Below are positions 9,697 through 21,393 of a stretch of 64,000 nucleotides of DNA, in pieces. The stretch is from assembly GCF_001677475.2 (NCBI RefSeq), contig NZ_CP015229.1. The stretch is one strand, 5' to 3'. The stretch comes from Escherichia coli. Its GTDB lineage: Bacteria > Pseudomonadota > Gammaproteobacteria > Enterobacterales > Enterobacteriaceae. The stretch's first letter is position 1. Every line of letters starts with the position of its first letter. The notes beneath the pieces are model-generated. The model had not been told where the DNA came from. It did not search any database and saw nothing but the letters and a program-made list of their open reading frames with translations. The position numbers and the translations under genes were made by a program.

Positions 9697-12348
9697 TTAG
9701 CCGGTATTACGCATACCTGCCGCAATCCCGGCAATAGTGACCATTAACGCCTGCTCGACGCGAGGATCCGGCTCATGGCCTTCTTTTTCTGCCTGGCGGG
9801 AGCGGTGCAGCAACTCGGCCTGCAATACGTTCAGCGGGTCGGTGTAAATATTCCGTAGCTGAATAGACTCTGCAATCCACGGCAGATCGGCCATCAGATG
9901 GGAATCGTTGGCAATCGCCAGCACCACTTTGATGTCTTCTTCTTGCAGATTGCGTAACTCTTTACCTAACGGCCACAGTGCTTTGTCTACCAGACGTTGA
10001 TCATAGTATTCCGCCAGCCACAGGTCTGCTTTGGCGAATACCATTTCCAGCATACCCAGACGCGTCGAGAAGAACGGCCAATCGCGGCACATAGCCTCCA
10101 GCTCGCTCTGTTTGCCGTCTTCGACCACTTTTTGCAGCGCCGTACCTGCACCCAGCCAGGCGGGGAGCATCAGGCGGTTTTGCGTCCAGGCGAAAATCCA
10201 CGGAATGGCGCGTAGTGACTCGACGCCGCCGGTTGGGCGACGTTTCGCCGGACGTGAACCCAACGGCAGTTTGCCCAGTTCTTGTTCCGGCGTAGCGGAG
10301 CGGAAGTAAGGCACAAAATCTTTGTTTTCACGTACGTAGCCACGGTAGAGATCGCAGGAGATGACTGACAGTTCATCCATAATGCGACGCCAGCTCTCTT
10401 TCGGCTCAGGTGGTGGCAGCAGGTTGGCTTCCAGAATCGCCCCGGTGTACAGCGACAGGCTGCTGACGGTGATTTCTGGCAGACCATATTTAAAGCGGAT
10501 CATCTCGCCCTGTTCAGTCACGCGCAGGCCACCTTTCAGGCTTCCTGGCGGTTGTGACAGCAGCGCCGCATGAGCAGGTGCGCCGCCACGACCAATGGAA
10601 CCGCCGCGACCGTGGAACAACGTCAGCTCAATACCCGCTTTTTCGCAGGTTTTGATTAATGCATCCTGTGCCTGATATTGCGCCCAGGAAGCTGCCATCA
10701 CGCCCGCATCTTTTGCTGAGTCGGAATAGCCAATCATCACCATCTGTTTGCCCTGAATCAGGCCGCGATACCAGTCGATATTGAGCAGCTGGGTCATGAC
10801 ATCGTTGGCGTTGTTCAGGTCATCGAGAGTTTCAAACAGCGGAGCAACCGGCATTGCAAACCCGATACCCGCTTCTTTCAGCAGCAGGTGGACAGCCAGC
10901 ACGTCGGACGGCGTTTTCGCCATCGAGATCACGTAGGCGGCAATGGAGCCTTGCGGCGCTTCGGCAATCACCTGGCAGGTATCGAGCACTTCGCGCGTTT
11001 CGGCGCTTGGTTGCCAGTTGCGCGGCAGAAGCGGACGTTTGGAGTTCAGTTCGCGGATCAGGAACGCCTGTTTGTCGGCCTCTGACCAGCTTTCGTAGTC
11101 GCCGATACCGAGGTAGCGGGTCAGCTCGCCCAGCGCTTCGGTATGGCGGGTGCTCTCCTGACGGATATCAATACGGACCAGCGGTACGCCGAAACATTTC
11201 ACGCGGCGCAGGGTGTCGAGCAGATCGCCGTTGGCGATAATACCCATGCCACACGCCTGAAGTGACTGGTAGCAAGCGTAGAGCGGTTCCCACAGTTCTT
11301 CGTTTTGTGTCAGCAGGCCTTCTGGTTTTGGCAGTTCTTCGCCTTTCAGGCGCGCTTCCAGCCATGCCTGTGTCGCCATCAGGCGAGAACGCAGGTTTTT
11401 CATCAGATAGCGATACGGTTCTGCGGCACCTTCTTCGCCAACCAGCGCCAGCAGTTCAGGGGTCGCTTCAACCATCGACAGTTCAGAAACCAGCACCTGA
11501 ATATCTTTCAGGAACAGATCGGTGGCTTTCCAGCGACTGAGCAGCAGGACGTGGCGGGTGATATCGGCAGTGACGTTCGGGTTGCCGTCGCGGTCACCGC
11601 CCATCCACGAGGTAAAACGGACCGGAACAAATTCGACGGGCAGTTTGTAGCCGAGATTCTCTTCCAGTTGTTCGTTCAGTTCGCGCAGGTAATTTGGTAC
11701 GCCTTGCCACAGGCTGTTTTCTACTACGGCAAAGCCCCATTTGGCTTCATCTACCGGGCTTGGACGCAGCTTACGGATTTCATCGGTATGCCATGACTGG
11801 GCGATCAACTGGCGCAGGCGGCGCATCAGCTGGTTGTGTTCGTAGTCAGCGATATCTTTGTTATCGAGCTGTTTTAAACAGGCGTTCACTTCCACCATTT
11901 TGTGGATCAGCGTACGACGGGTAATTTCGGTTGGGTGAGCCGTGAGGACCAGTTCCAGCGACAGCGATTCCACTGCTTTTTTGATGGTGTCTTCGCTCAG
12001 TTCCGGCTGGTTTTTCAGTTTACGCAGGGTGCGGGCGATCACTTCCGGGTTGCTGGCAGCTTCGCCTTTCGGCGAAATGCTGTGGTATTGCTCGGCGGTG
12101 TTGGCCAGGTTCAGGAACTGACTAAACGCACGCGCAACGGGCAGCAGCTCGTCGTTCGACAAATTTTGTAAGGTGGTGAGCAACTCCTGGCGGTTAGCAT
12201 CATTGCCAGCGCGTGAAGATTTGGACAACTTACGGATAGTTTCTACGCGTTCAAGAATGTGTTCTCCCAACGCATCCTTGATGGTTTCTCCCAGCACTTT
12301 GCCGAGCATACTGACATTACTACGCAATGCGGAATATTGTTCGTTCAT
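9697..12348 (-). CDS. ppc: Phosphoenolpyruvate carboxylase
   Basis: 883-aa [32 protein letters not shown].. through C-terminal ..GMRNTG. Confidence 0.97.
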   Translation of the reverse strand: MNEQYSALRSNVSMLGKVLGETIKDALGEHILERVETIRKLSKSSRAGNDANRQELLTTLQNLSNDELLPVARAFSQFLNLANTAEQYHSISPKGEAASNPEVIARTLRKLKNQPELSEDTIKKAVESLSLELVLTAHPTEITRRTLIHKMVEVNACLKQLDNKDIADYEHNQLMRRLRQLIAQSWHTDEIRKLRPSPVDEAKWGFAVVENSLWQGVPNYLRELNEQLEENLGYKLPVEFVPVRFTSWMGGDRDGNPNVTADITRHVLLLSRWKATDLFLKDIQVLVSELSMVEATPELLALVGEEGAAEPYRYLMKNLRSRLMATQAWLEARLKGEELPKPEGLLTQNEELWEPLYACYQSLQACGMGIIANGDLLDTLRRVKCFGVPLVRIDIRQESTRHTEALGELTRYLGIGDYESWSEADKQAFLIRELNSKRPLLPRNWQPSAETREVLDTCQVIAEAPQGSIAAYVISMAKTPSDVLAVHLLLKEAGIGFAMPVAPLFETLDDLNNANDVMTQLLNIDWYRGLIQGKQMVMIGYSDSAKDAGVMAASWAQYQAQDALIKTCEKAGIELTLFHGRGGSIGRGGAPAHAALLSQPPGSLKGGLRVTEQGEMIRFKYGLPEITVSSLSLYTGAILEANLLPPPEPKESWRRIMDELSVISCDLYRGYVRENKDFVPYFRSATPEQELGKLPLGSRPAKRRPTGGVESLRAIPWIFAWTQNRLMLPAWLGAGTALQKVVEDGKQSELEAMCRDWPFFSTRLGMLEMVFAKADLWLAEYYDQRLVDKALWPLGKELRNLQEEDIKVVLAIANDSHLMADLPWIAESIQLRNIYTDPLNVLQAELLHRSRQAEKEGHEPDPRVEQALMVTIAGIAAGMRNTG

Positions 12349-12675
12349 ATTACCCCAGACACCCCATCTTATCGTTTGATAGCCCTGTATCCTTCACGTC
12401 GCATTGGCGCGAATATGCTCGGGCTTTGCTTTTCGTCGTCTTTTATAAAGCCACGTAAAAGCGGTGACGTCAAATGCTGCGAAATCGCTTCAGCAAACGA
12501 ATAAATAGCAGGAATTTACGTCATTAAATTCACGACGCTTTAAATAAGCGTAACTTATGGGAATGTTAAAAAATCGCCTCAAGTAACACCAAAGAGTTAT
12601 GAGTTGTAGTTACCATTTGGGCAATCATCTGAGATTGCTGACAAACTCGTTTACGGGTCAGTATGGGCACGGTTT

Positions 12676-12720
12676 TCCCCTCACCCTAACCCTCTCCCCG
12701 AAGGGGCGAGGGGACTGTCC
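12676..12720. repeat. GC-rich palindromic (REP-like) element in the ppc-argE intergenic region
   Basis: Imperfect inverted repeat cccctcaccctaaccctctcccc / ggggcgagggg around a gaag loop. Confidence 0.4.
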
Positions 12721-12760
12721 GTGCGCTTGCATGGCTTTGTCATCAGCCTGATTTGCTTTT

Positions 12761-13912
12761 TTAATGCCAGCAAAAATGATGAATTACCTGGGTTATCAGT
12801 TCGCGGGTGGGCTTGATAAACCGTGTTTCCAGATATTCATCAGGCTGATGAGCCTGATTAATTGAGCCAGGGCCCAGAACCAGCGTCGGGCATAACGTTT
12901 GAATAAACGGCGCTTCGGTACAGTAATTCACCACTTCGGTCTTTGCTCCGAGCAATTTCTCAACTACTTCAACCAGTTGATGATTTGGCGGGCATTCATA
13001 GCCAGGGATCGGCGGATGCAGCTCGTCGACCGTCAGACGACCCGGCCAGCGTTCGCTCACCGGAGCCAGCGCATCGTTGAGTAGGCCATTAAGTTCATTG
13101 AGTGTCATGCCCGGCAGCGGACGAATATCCATATGCAACTCACAGCAAGCGCAGATACGGTTAGCCGCGTCGCCGCCGTGAATATGACCGAGGTTAAGCG
13201 TGGGGTAAGGCACGGTAAATGCCTCATAGTGATAGCGTTCTTTAAGATTGTCACGCAGTTGCAGGATATGACCGATGGCGTCGTGCATCAGTTCGATAGC
13301 GTTAACTCCGCGTGCTGGATCGCTGGAGTGGCCCGACTGGCCCTGAATACGGATGGCGTTAGAGATATGACCTTTATGTGCGCGTACCGGTTGTAGTGAC
13401 GTCGGTTCGCCAATGATGGCGCAATCCGGGCGCAGGGCGGTAGTTTCGGCAAAATAACGCGCTCCGGCCATACTGGTTTCTTCATCGGCAGTCGCCAGAA
13501 TGTAGAGCGGTTTTTTCAGTTTCGTGACGTCGACATCGCGTAGCGCATCAAGGATAAACGCAAAAAAGCCTTTCATGTCGGCGGTGCCTAAGCCGTAAAG
13601 CTTGCCGTCATGCTCCGTCAGTGTAAACGGATCGCGCGTCCAGCGTCCGTCATCAAATGGCACCGTATCGGTATGCCCCGCCAGCAACAAGCCGCCAGCC
13701 CCCTGTCCGGTACTTGCCAGCATATTAAATTTGTTGCGAGTTCCTGGCACAGGCTGCACTTCCACATTGAAGCCTAAATCTTTAAACCAGTCCGCCAGCA
13801 GAGTGATTAAATCTGCATTGCTTTGATCGAGTGCCTCTTCCGTGGCGCTTATTGAAGGTGTGGCAATCAGAGCACGGTAAATCTCGATAAATGGCGGTAA
13901 TTTGTTTTTCAT
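12761..13912 (-). CDS. argE: Acetylornithine deacetylase
   Basis: ORF-track 12761..13951 trimmed to Met at 13912 ([15 protein letters not shown]..), 383 aa. Confidence 0.93.
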   Translation of the reverse strand: MKNKLPPFIEIYRALIATPSISATEEALDQSNADLITLLADWFKDLGFNVEVQPVPGTRNKFNMLASTGQGAGGLLLAGHTDTVPFDDGRWTRDPFTLTEHDGKLYGLGTADMKGFFAFILDALRDVDVTKLKKPLYILATADEETSMAGARYFAETTALRPDCAIIGEPTSLQPVRAHKGHISNAIRIQGQSGHSSDPARGVNAIELMHDAIGHILQLRDNLKERYHYEAFTVPYPTLNLGHIHGGDAANRICACCELHMDIRPLPGMTLNELNGLLNDALAPVSERWPGRLTVDELHPPIPGYECPPNHQLVEVVEKLLGAKTEVVNYCTEAPFIQTLCPTLVLGPGSINQAHQPDEYLETRFIKPTRELITQVIHHFCWH

Positions 13913-13927
13913 TGTTGACACACCTCT

Positions 13928-13968
13928 GGTCATGATAGTATCAATATTCATGCAGTATTTATGAATAA
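13928..13968. promoter_or_regulatory. ARG boxes (ArgR operators) in the divergent argE / argCBH control region
   Basis: Tandem AT-rich 18-bp half-palindromes, e.g. ATGAATAAAAATACAC, between the divergent starts. Confidence 0.6.
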
Positions 13969-14065
13969 AAATACACTAACGTTGAGCGTAATAAAACCCA
14001 CCAGCCGTAAGGTGAATGTTTTACGTTTAACCTGGCAACCAGACATAAGAAGGTGAATAGCCCCG

Positions 14066-15070
14066 ATGTTGAATACGCTGATTGTGGGTGCCAGCGGCTA
14101 CGCTGGCGCAGAGCTAGTGACCTATGTAAATCGCCATCCGCATATGAACATAACCGCTTTGACTGTTTCAGCGCAAAGCAATGATGCGGGAAAGTTAATC
14201 TCCGATTTGCATCCGCAGCTAAAAGGCATCGTTGATCTGCCGTTGCAGCCGATGTCGGATATCAGCGAGTTTAGCCCAGGGGTGGACGTGGTGTTTCTCG
14301 CCACCGCCCATGACGTTAGCCACGATTTAGCGCCGCAATTTCTTGAAGCCGGCTGCGTGGTGTTCGACCTTTCCGGCGCGTTTCGTGTTAACGACGCCAC
14401 CTTCTATGAAAAATATTACGGCTTTACCCATCAGTATCCGGAACTGCTGGAACAGGCAGCCTACGGTCTGGCCGAGTGGTGCGGTAATAAATTAAAAGAA
14501 GCGAACTTGATTGCGGTGCCAGGCTGTTATCCGACGGCGGCACAGCTGGCGCTGAAACCGTTGATAGATGCCGATCTTCTTGACCTCAATCAGTGGCCGG
14601 TGATCAACGCCACCAGCGGCGTGAGCGGTGCAGGACGTAAGGCAGCGATTTCAAATAGTTTTTGTGAAGTTAGCCTGCAACCGTATGGCATCTTTACCCA
14701 TCGCCATCAACCAGAGATCGCCACACACCTCGGTGCTGACGTTATCTTCACCCCGCATCTGGGCAATTTCCCGCGCGGCATTCTCGAAACCATTACCTGC
14801 CGCCTGAAATCGGGTGTGACCCAGGCGCAAGTCGCGCAAGTGTTACAGCAGGCGTATGCCCATAAACCGCTGGTGCGGCTGTATGACAAAGGCGTTCCGG
14901 CGCTGAAAAATGTCGTTGGGCTGCCATTTTGCGATATCGGGTTTGCCGTTCAGGGCGAGCATCTGATTATTGTGGCGACCGAAGACAACTTACTGAAAGG
15001 CGCGGCGGCACAAGCGGTACAGTGCGCCAATATTCGTTTCGGCTATGCGGAAACGCAGTCTCTTATTTAA
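14066..15070 (+). CDS. argC: N-acetyl-gamma-glutamyl-phosphate reductase
   Basis: 334-aa [20 protein letters not shown].. Confidence 0.95.
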   Translation: MLNTLIVGASGYAGAELVTYVNRHPHMNITALTVSAQSNDAGKLISDLHPQLKGIVDLPLQPMSDISEFSPGVDVVFLATAHDVSHDLAPQFLEAGCVVFDLSGAFRVNDATFYEKYYGFTHQYPELLEQAAYGLAEWCGNKLKEANLIAVPGCYPTAAQLALKPLIDADLLDLNQWPVINATSGVSGAGRKAAISNSFCEVSLQPYGIFTHRHQPEIATHLGADVIFTPHLGNFPRGILETITCRLKSGVTQAQVAQVLQQAYAHKPLVRLYDKGVPALKNVVGLPFCDIGFAVQGEHLIIVATEDNLLKGAAAQAVQCANIRFGYAETQSLI

Positions 15071-15077
15071 GGGTGCA

Positions 15078-15854
15078 ATGATGAATCCATTAATTATCAA
15101 ACTGGGCGGCGTACTGCTGGATAGTGAAGAGGCGCTGGAACGTCTGTTTAGCGCACTGGTGAATTATCGTGAGTCACATCAGCGTCCGCTGGTGATTGTG
15201 CACGGCGGCGGTTGCGTGGTGGATGAGCTGATGAAAGGGCTGAATCTGCCGGTGAAAAAGAAAAATGGCCTGCGGGTGACGCCTGCTGATCAGATAGACA
15301 TTATCACCGGAGCACTGGCGGGAACGGCAAATAAAACCCTGCTGGCATGGGCGAAGAAACATCAGATTGCGTCCGTAGGTTTGTTTCTCGGTGACGGCGA
15401 CAGCGTCAAAGTGATCCAGCTTGATGAAGAGTTAGGCCATGTTGGACTGGCGCAGCCAGGTTCGCCTAAGCTTATCAACTCCTTGCTGGAGAACGGCTAT
15501 CTGCCGGTGGTCAGCTCCATTGGCGTAACAGACGAAGGGCAACTGATGAACGTCAATGCTGACCAGGCAGCGACGGCGCTGGCGGCAACGCTGGGCGCGG
15601 ATCTGATTTTGCTCTCCGACGTCAGTGGCATTCTCGACGGCAAAGGGCAACGCATTGCCGAAATGACCGCCGCGAAAGCAGAACAACTGATTGAGCAGGG
15701 CATTATTACTGACGGCATGATAGTGAAAGTGAACGCGGCGCTGGATGCTGCGCGCACGTTGGGCCGTCCGGTAGATATCGCCTCCTGGCGTCATGCGGAA
15801 CAGCTTCCGGCACTGTTTAACGGTATGCCGATGGGTACGCGGATTTTAGCTTAA
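15078..15854 (+). CDS. argB: Acetylglutamate kinase
   Basis: ORF-track 15045..15854 trimmed to Met at 15078 ([14 protein letters not shown]..), 258 aa. Confidence 0.93.
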   Translation: MMNPLIIKLGGVLLDSEEALERLFSALVNYRESHQRPLVIVHGGGCVVDELMKGLNLPVKKKNGLRVTPADQIDIITGALAGTANKTLLAWAKKHQIASVGLFLGDGDSVKVIQLDEELGHVGLAQPGSPKLINSLLENGYLPVVSSIGVTDEGQLMNVNADQAATALAATLGADLILLSDVSGILDGKGQRIAEMTAAKAEQLIEQGIITDGMIVKVNAALDAARTLGRPVDIASWRHAEQLPALFNGMPMGTRILA

Positions 15855-15914
15855 GTTTTGTTAGCCGGAGGCGCAGCTTTCCGGCATTGAATTTCAAAAT
15901 AAGGAAACAGAGTT

Positions 15915-17288
15915 ATGGCACTTTGGGGCGGGCGTTTTACCCAGGCAGCAGATCAACGGTTCAAACAATTCAACGACTCACTGCGTTTTGATTACCGTCT
16001 GGCGGAGCAGGATATTGTTGGCTCTGTGGCCTGGTCCAAAGCCCTGGTAACGGTCGGTGTGCTGACCGCAGAAGAACAGGCGCAACTGGAAGAGGCGCTG
16101 AACGTGCTGCTGGAAGATGTTCGCGCCAGGCCACAACAAATCCTTGAAAGCGACGCCGAAGATATCCATAGCTGGGTGGAAGGCAAACTGATCGACAAAG
16201 TGGGTCAGTTAGGCAAAAAACTGCACACCGGGCGTAGCCGTAATGATCAGGTAGCGACTGACCTGAAACTGTGGTGCAAAGATACCGTTAGCGAGTTGCT
16301 GACGGCTAACCGGCAGCTGCAATCGGCGCTGGTGGAAACCGCACAAAACAATCAGGACGCGGTAATGCCAGGTTACACTCACCTGCAACGCGCCCAGCCG
16401 GTGACGTTCGCTCACTGGTGTCTGGCGTATGTTGAGATGCTGGCGCGCGATGAAAGCCGTTTGCAGGATGCGCTTAAGCGTCTGGATGTCAGCCCGCTAG
16501 GCTGTGGCGCGCTGGCGGGAACAGCCTATGAAATCGACCGTGAACAGTTAGCAGGCTGGCTGGGCTTTGCTTCGGCGACCCGTAACAGTCTCGACAGCGT
16601 TTCTGACCGTGACCACGTGCTGGAACTGCTTTCTGCTGCCGCTATCGGCATGGTGCATCTGTCGCGTTTTGCTGAAGACCTGATCTTCTTTAACACCGGC
16701 GAGGCGGGGTTTGTGGAGCTTTCTGACCGCGTGACTTCCGGTTCATCATTAATGCCGCAGAAGAAAAATCCGGATGCGCTGGAGCTGATTCGCGGTAAAT
16801 GCGGTCGGGTGCAGGGTGCGTTAACCGGCATGATGATGACGCTGAAAGGTTTGCCGCTGGCTTACAACAAAGATATGCAGGAAGACAAAGAAGGTCTGTT
16901 CGACGCGCTCGATACCTGGCTGGACTGCCTGCATATGGCGGCGCTGGTGCTGGACGGCATTCAGGTGAAACGTCCGCGTTGCCAGGAAGCGGCTCAGCAG
17001 GGTTACGCCAACGCCACTGAACTGGCGGATTACCTGGTGGCGAAAGGCGTACCGTTCCGCGAGGCGCACCATATTGTTGGTGAAGCGGTGGTGGAAGCCA
17101 TTCGTCAGGGCAAACCGCTGGAAGATCTGCCACTCAGTGAGTTGCAGAAATTCAGTCAGGTGATTGACGAAGATGTCTATCCGATTCTGTCGCTGCAATC
17201 GTGCCTCGACAAGCGTGCGGCAAAAGGCGGCGTCTCACCGCAGCAGGTGGCGCAGGCGATTGCTTTTGCGCAGGCGCGGTTGGGGTAA
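15915..17288 (+). CDS. argH: Argininosuccinate lyase
   Basis: 457-aa [19 protein letters not shown].. Confidence 0.96.
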
Positions 17289-17311
17289 GAACATTTATAT
17301 GTACAAATTTG

Positions 17312-17340
17312 AGCCTGGCTTATCGCCGGGCTTTTTTATG
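17312..17340 (+). terminator. Intrinsic terminator of argCBH
   Basis: Hairpin gcctggcttatcgccgggc followed by TTTTTT. Confidence 0.6.
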
Positions 17341-17342
17341 GC

Positions 17343-17459
17343 AAAAAAAAGCGGATCCTGGAGATCCGCAAAAGTTCACGTTGGCTTTAGTTATTCGAGT
17401 TGAGAAACTCTCGAAACGGGCAGTGACTTCAAGGGTTAAAAGAGGTGCCGCTCCGTTTC
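17343..17459 (-). ncRNA. oxyS: OxyS small regulatory RNA (about 109 nt plus U-tail)
   Basis: Minus strand reads GAAACGGAGCGGCACCTCTTTTAACCCTTGAAGTCACTGCCCGTTTCGAG..GCGGATCTCCAGGATCCGC then a U-run; divergent from oxyR. Confidence 0.93.
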
Positions 17460-17554
17460 TGTGAGCAATTATCAGTCAGAATGCTTGATAGGGATAATCG
17501 TTCGTTGCTATGCTACCTATCGCCGCGAACTATCGTGGCAATGGAGGATGGATA
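17460..17554. promoter_or_regulatory. oxyS/oxyR divergent promoter region with OxyR binding site
   Basis: Position between the oxyS 5' end and the oxyR start; exact operator not delimited. Confidence 0.55.
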
Positions 17555-18472
17555 ATGAATATTCGTGATCTTGAGTACCTGGTGGCATTGGCCGAACACC
17601 GCCATTTTCGGCGTGCGGCAGATTCCTGCCACGTTAGCCAGCCGACGCTTAGCGGCCAAATTCGTAAGCTGGAAGATGAGCTGGGCGTGATGTTGCTGGA
17701 GCGGACCAGCCGTAAAGTGTTGTTCACCCAGGCGGGAATGCTGCTGGTGGATCAGGCGCGTACCGTGCTGCGTGAGGTGAAAGTCCTTAAAGAGATGGCA
17801 AGCCAGCAGGGCGAGACGATGTCCGGACCGCTGCATATTGGTTTGATTCCTACGGTTGGACCGTACCTGCTACCGCATATTATCCCGATGCTGCACCAGA
17901 CATTTCCAAAGCTGGAAATGTATCTGCATGAAGCACAGACCCACCAGTTACTGGCGCAACTGGACAGCGGCAAACTCGATTGCGTGATCCTCGCGCTGGT
18001 GAAAGAGAGCGAAGCATTCATTGAAGTGCCGTTGTTTGATGAGCCAATGTTGCTGGCTATCTATGAAGATCACCCGTGGGCGAACCGCGAATGCGTACCG
18101 ATGGCCGATCTGGCAGGGGAAAAACTGCTGATGCTGGAAGATGGTCACTGTTTGCGCGATCAGGCAATGGGTTTCTGTTTTGAAGCCGGGGCGGATGAAG
18201 ATACACACTTCCGCGCGACCAGCCTGGAGACGCTGCGCAACATGGTGGCGGCAGGTAGCGGGATCACTTTACTGCCAGCGCTGGCTGTGCCGCCGGAGCG
18301 CAAACGCGATGGGGTTGTTTATCTGCCGTGCATTAAGCCGGAACCACGCCGCACTATTGGCCTGGTTTATCGTCCTGGCTCACCGCTGCGCAGCCGCTAT
18401 GAGCAGCTGGCAGAGGCCATCCGCGCAAGAATGGATGGCCATTTCGATAAAGTGTTAAAACAGGCGGTTTAA
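17555..18472 (+). CDS. oxyR: LysR-family peroxide-sensing regulator OxyR
   Basis: ORF-track 17510..18472 trimmed to Met at 17555 ([23 protein letters not shown]..), 305 aa. Confidence 0.95.
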   Translation: MNIRDLEYLVALAEHRHFRRAADSCHVSQPTLSGQIRKLEDELGVMLLERTSRKVLFTQAGMLLVDQARTVLREVKVLKEMASQQGETMSGPLHIGLIPTVGPYLLPHIIPMLHQTFPKLEMYLHEAQTHQLLAQLDSGKLDCVILALVKESEAFIEVPLFDEPMLLAIYEDHPWANRECVPMADLAGEKLLMLEDGHCLRDQAMGFCFEAGADEDTHFRATSLETLRNMVAAGSGITLLPALAVPPERKRDGVVYLPCIKPEPRRTIGLVYRPGSPLRSRYEQLAEAIRARMDGHFDKVLKQAV

Positions 18473-19855
18473 ACCGTTTAACGCAGCTACCCGATAGGCT
18501 TCCGCCATGGTCGGGTAGTTAAAGGTGGTGTTGACGAAGTACTCAATAGTGTTGCCGCCACCTTTCTGTTCCATAATCGCCTGACCGATATGAATAATTT
18601 CGGCAGCGCGCTCGCCAAAGCAGTGAATACCCAGAATCTCTTTTGTTTCCCGATGGAACAAAATTTTCAGCGTGCCCACGTTCATGCCGACGATTTGTGC
18701 ACGTGCCAGATGTTTAAACTGGGCGCGGCCCACTTCATATGGCACTTTCATCGCGGTCAGCTGCTGTTCGGTTTTGCCCACAGAGCTGATTTCCGGGATG
18801 GTGTAAATGCCGGTAGGGATATCTTCAATCAGATGCGCGGTGGCTTCGCCTTTTACCAGCGCCTGCGCGGCAATGCGCCCCTGGTCATAGGCCGCTGATG
18901 CCAGGCTCGGATAACCAATCACGTCGCCCACCGCGTAAACGTGCGGCTGTGCGGTCTGATACATGCTGTTGACCTTCAGCTGTCCGCGACTGTCAGTTTC
19001 CAGCCCAATGTTCTGTAACGCCAGCGAATCGGTATTACCGGTACGACCGTTGGCATAGAGCAGGCAGTCAGCTTTCAGTTTTTTACCCGACTTCAGATGC
19101 ATGATCACACCGTCGTCACAGCCTTCGATCTTCTCGTACTCTTCGTTGTGACGAATCACTACGCCACTGTTCCAGAAGTGATAGGAGAGAGAATCTGACA
19201 TCTCTTGATCGAGAAATGCCAGCAGGCGATCGCGGGTGTTGATCAGATCCACTTTTACATCCATACCGCGGAAGATCGACGCATATTCACAGCCGATCAC
19301 TCCAGCACCATAGATAAGTACATGGCGCGGTTCGTGGTGCATGCTGAGAATTGAGTCGCTGTCGTAAATGCGTGGATGGGTGAAATCAACATCTGTTGGA
19401 TGATATGGACGAGAGCCGCAGGCAATAACAAATTTTTCAGCGGTTAGCGTTTCAACGCTGCCGTCCGGGCAATCCAGCGCCAACGTATGCTCGTCAACAA
19501 AGCGAGCGTTCCCCTGCAATATTTCACAGTGATTACGTTCGTAAAATCCCTGACGCATGCGCGTTTGTTGATTAATCACGTTATCGGCATGGTTAAGGAT
19601 ATCGGCAAAAGAAGAGCGGAGCAGTCGGGAATGGTCGCTGTATAGTGGGTTTTGATTGAATTCTATAATGCGGCTGACGGCGTGACGGAGAGCTTTCGAC
19701 GGGATGGTGCCCCAGTGGGTGCAACCGCCGCCAACATTTTGATAACGCTCGATAACTGCGACGCGCGCACCTTGCTTAACCAGGCCCATTGCAGCGCCTT
19801 CGCCGCCGGGGCCGGAACCTATTACTATGGCATCGTAATCGTAGGAATGTGGCAT
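18455..19855 (-). CDS. sthA: Soluble pyridine nucleotide transhydrogenase
   Basis: 466-aa [26 protein letters not shown].. (FAD/NAD Rossmann GxGxxG); convergent 18-bp overlap with oxyR. Confidence 0.95.
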
Positions 19856-20184
19856 GGTAGGGCTTACCTGTTCTTATACATAAAAGCAACAGAATGGTAA
19901 CATTTTATCGCGGGTAAGCCAATTGATCCCCGTCATTAATCTGGCTATAGCGTGAGCGGCCTTTGCTTTGTCTGCCCCCTTCTTAACCCATTTATTTACT
20001 ATTAATCGCTTTTTCTTATGGCTGATAGTTTTATCTTGCCGAAGCGTGCTTTTTTGTTATTGTCTTTATGAAATATTCTTATAAAACAAACATATAAATA
20101 TTTTATATTGATGAGTTATTTGTATTTATACCATCAATAAAATCCGTTAATTAGCCTGTTTATAAGTGAATAAAGGAATAGCCG

Positions 20185-21351
20185 ATGATCGAACACTATA
20201 TTCGAGGGTTTGAGGAAGAACTGCGTGAGATCCGCCATCAGATCCACGAAAACCCGGAGCTGGGATTACAAGAATTTAAAACCAGTGCTTTGGTGGCGGA
20301 AAAGCTGCGTCAGTGGGGCTATGAAGTAGAGCAAGGACTGGCGACGACGGGGATAGTGGCCACGTTAAAAGTGGGCGACGGAGAGAAAAGTATTGGCCTG
20401 CGGGCGGATATGGATGCGCTGCCAATTTATGAAAATAGTGGCAAGCCCTGGGCCAGTAAACATCCTGGTTTAATGCACGCCTGCGGGCATGACGGGCATA
20501 CCACCATACTGCTGGGGGCCGCGCGTTATTTTGCCGAAACCCGCCGTTTTAACGGCACGTTACGTCTTATCTTCCAGCCTGCGGAAGAGATGATTAACGG
20601 CGGTGAGATCATGGTTAAAGAGGGGCTTTTTGATCATTTCCCCTGCGATGTCATTTTCGGCATGCATAACATGCCCGGTCTGCCGGTGGGTAAGTTTTAT
20701 TTCCAGCCAGGGGAACTGATGGCGTCAATGGATCAGTTCCATATTACAGTTCGTGGTTGTGGCGGACACGGTGCGATCCCGCACAAAGCCATCGATCCGG
20801 TGCTGGTTGCCGCACATATCACCACCGCATTACAAAGCATTGTGTCGCGCAATGTCGATCCGCTGGAAGCGGCGGTAATTACCGTCGGCAGCATTGTTGC
20901 GGGTGAGGCGGCTAACGTCATTCCTGACAGTGCTGAGATGAAAATCAGCGTCCGCTCTCTTAGCCGCGATACCCGACAACTTCTTCTGACCCGTATTCCT
21001 GCTCTGGCACAAACCCAGGCTGCCAGCTTTGGTGCTACGGCTGAGGTTACGCATGTTAACGGTACACCGGTATTAGTGAATGACGAGGAGATGGCGCGCT
21101 TCGCCTGGCAGGTGGCGTGTAAAACGTTTGGTGAAGATCGGGCCGAGTTTGGCATCAAGCCCCTGATGGGCAGTGAGGATTTCTCTTTCATGCTGGAAGC
21201 CCAGCCGAAAGGCGCTTTTTTGCTGTTCGGTAATGGCGATGTCGGGGAAGGTTCCTGCATGGTGCATAACCCGGGTTACGACTTCAACGATGCAAGTCTG
21301 GTCCCGGCATGCAGCTACTGGGGCGCACTGGTAGAAGCTTGGCTGCAATAA
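20185..21351 (+). CDS. M20D-family metal-dependent amidohydrolase (hippurate hydrolase / N-acyl-amino-acid deacylase-like)
   Basis: 388-aa ORF; HACGHDGH metal-binding signature; GGAGG-like RBS (aaaggaa) upstream; no signal peptide. Confidence 0.8.
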   Translation: MIEHYIRGFEEELREIRHQIHENPELGLQEFKTSALVAEKLRQWGYEVEQGLATTGIVATLKVGDGEKSIGLRADMDALPIYENSGKPWASKHPGLMHACGHDGHTTILLGAARYFAETRRFNGTLRLIFQPAEEMINGGEIMVKEGLFDHFPCDVIFGMHNMPGLPVGKFYFQPGELMASMDQFHITVRGCGGHGAIPHKAIDPVLVAAHITTALQSIVSRNVDPLEAAVITVGSIVAGEAANVIPDSAEMKISVRSLSRDTRQLLLTRIPALAQTQAASFGATAEVTHVNGTPVLVNDEEMARFAWQVACKTFGEDRAEFGIKPLMGSEDFSFMLEAQPKGAFLLFGNGDVGEGSCMVHNPGYDFNDASLVPACSYWGALVEAWLQ

Positions 21352-21393
21352 ATAAAACAACACACAACAACACTTTTTGGCAAGGAACATGGA

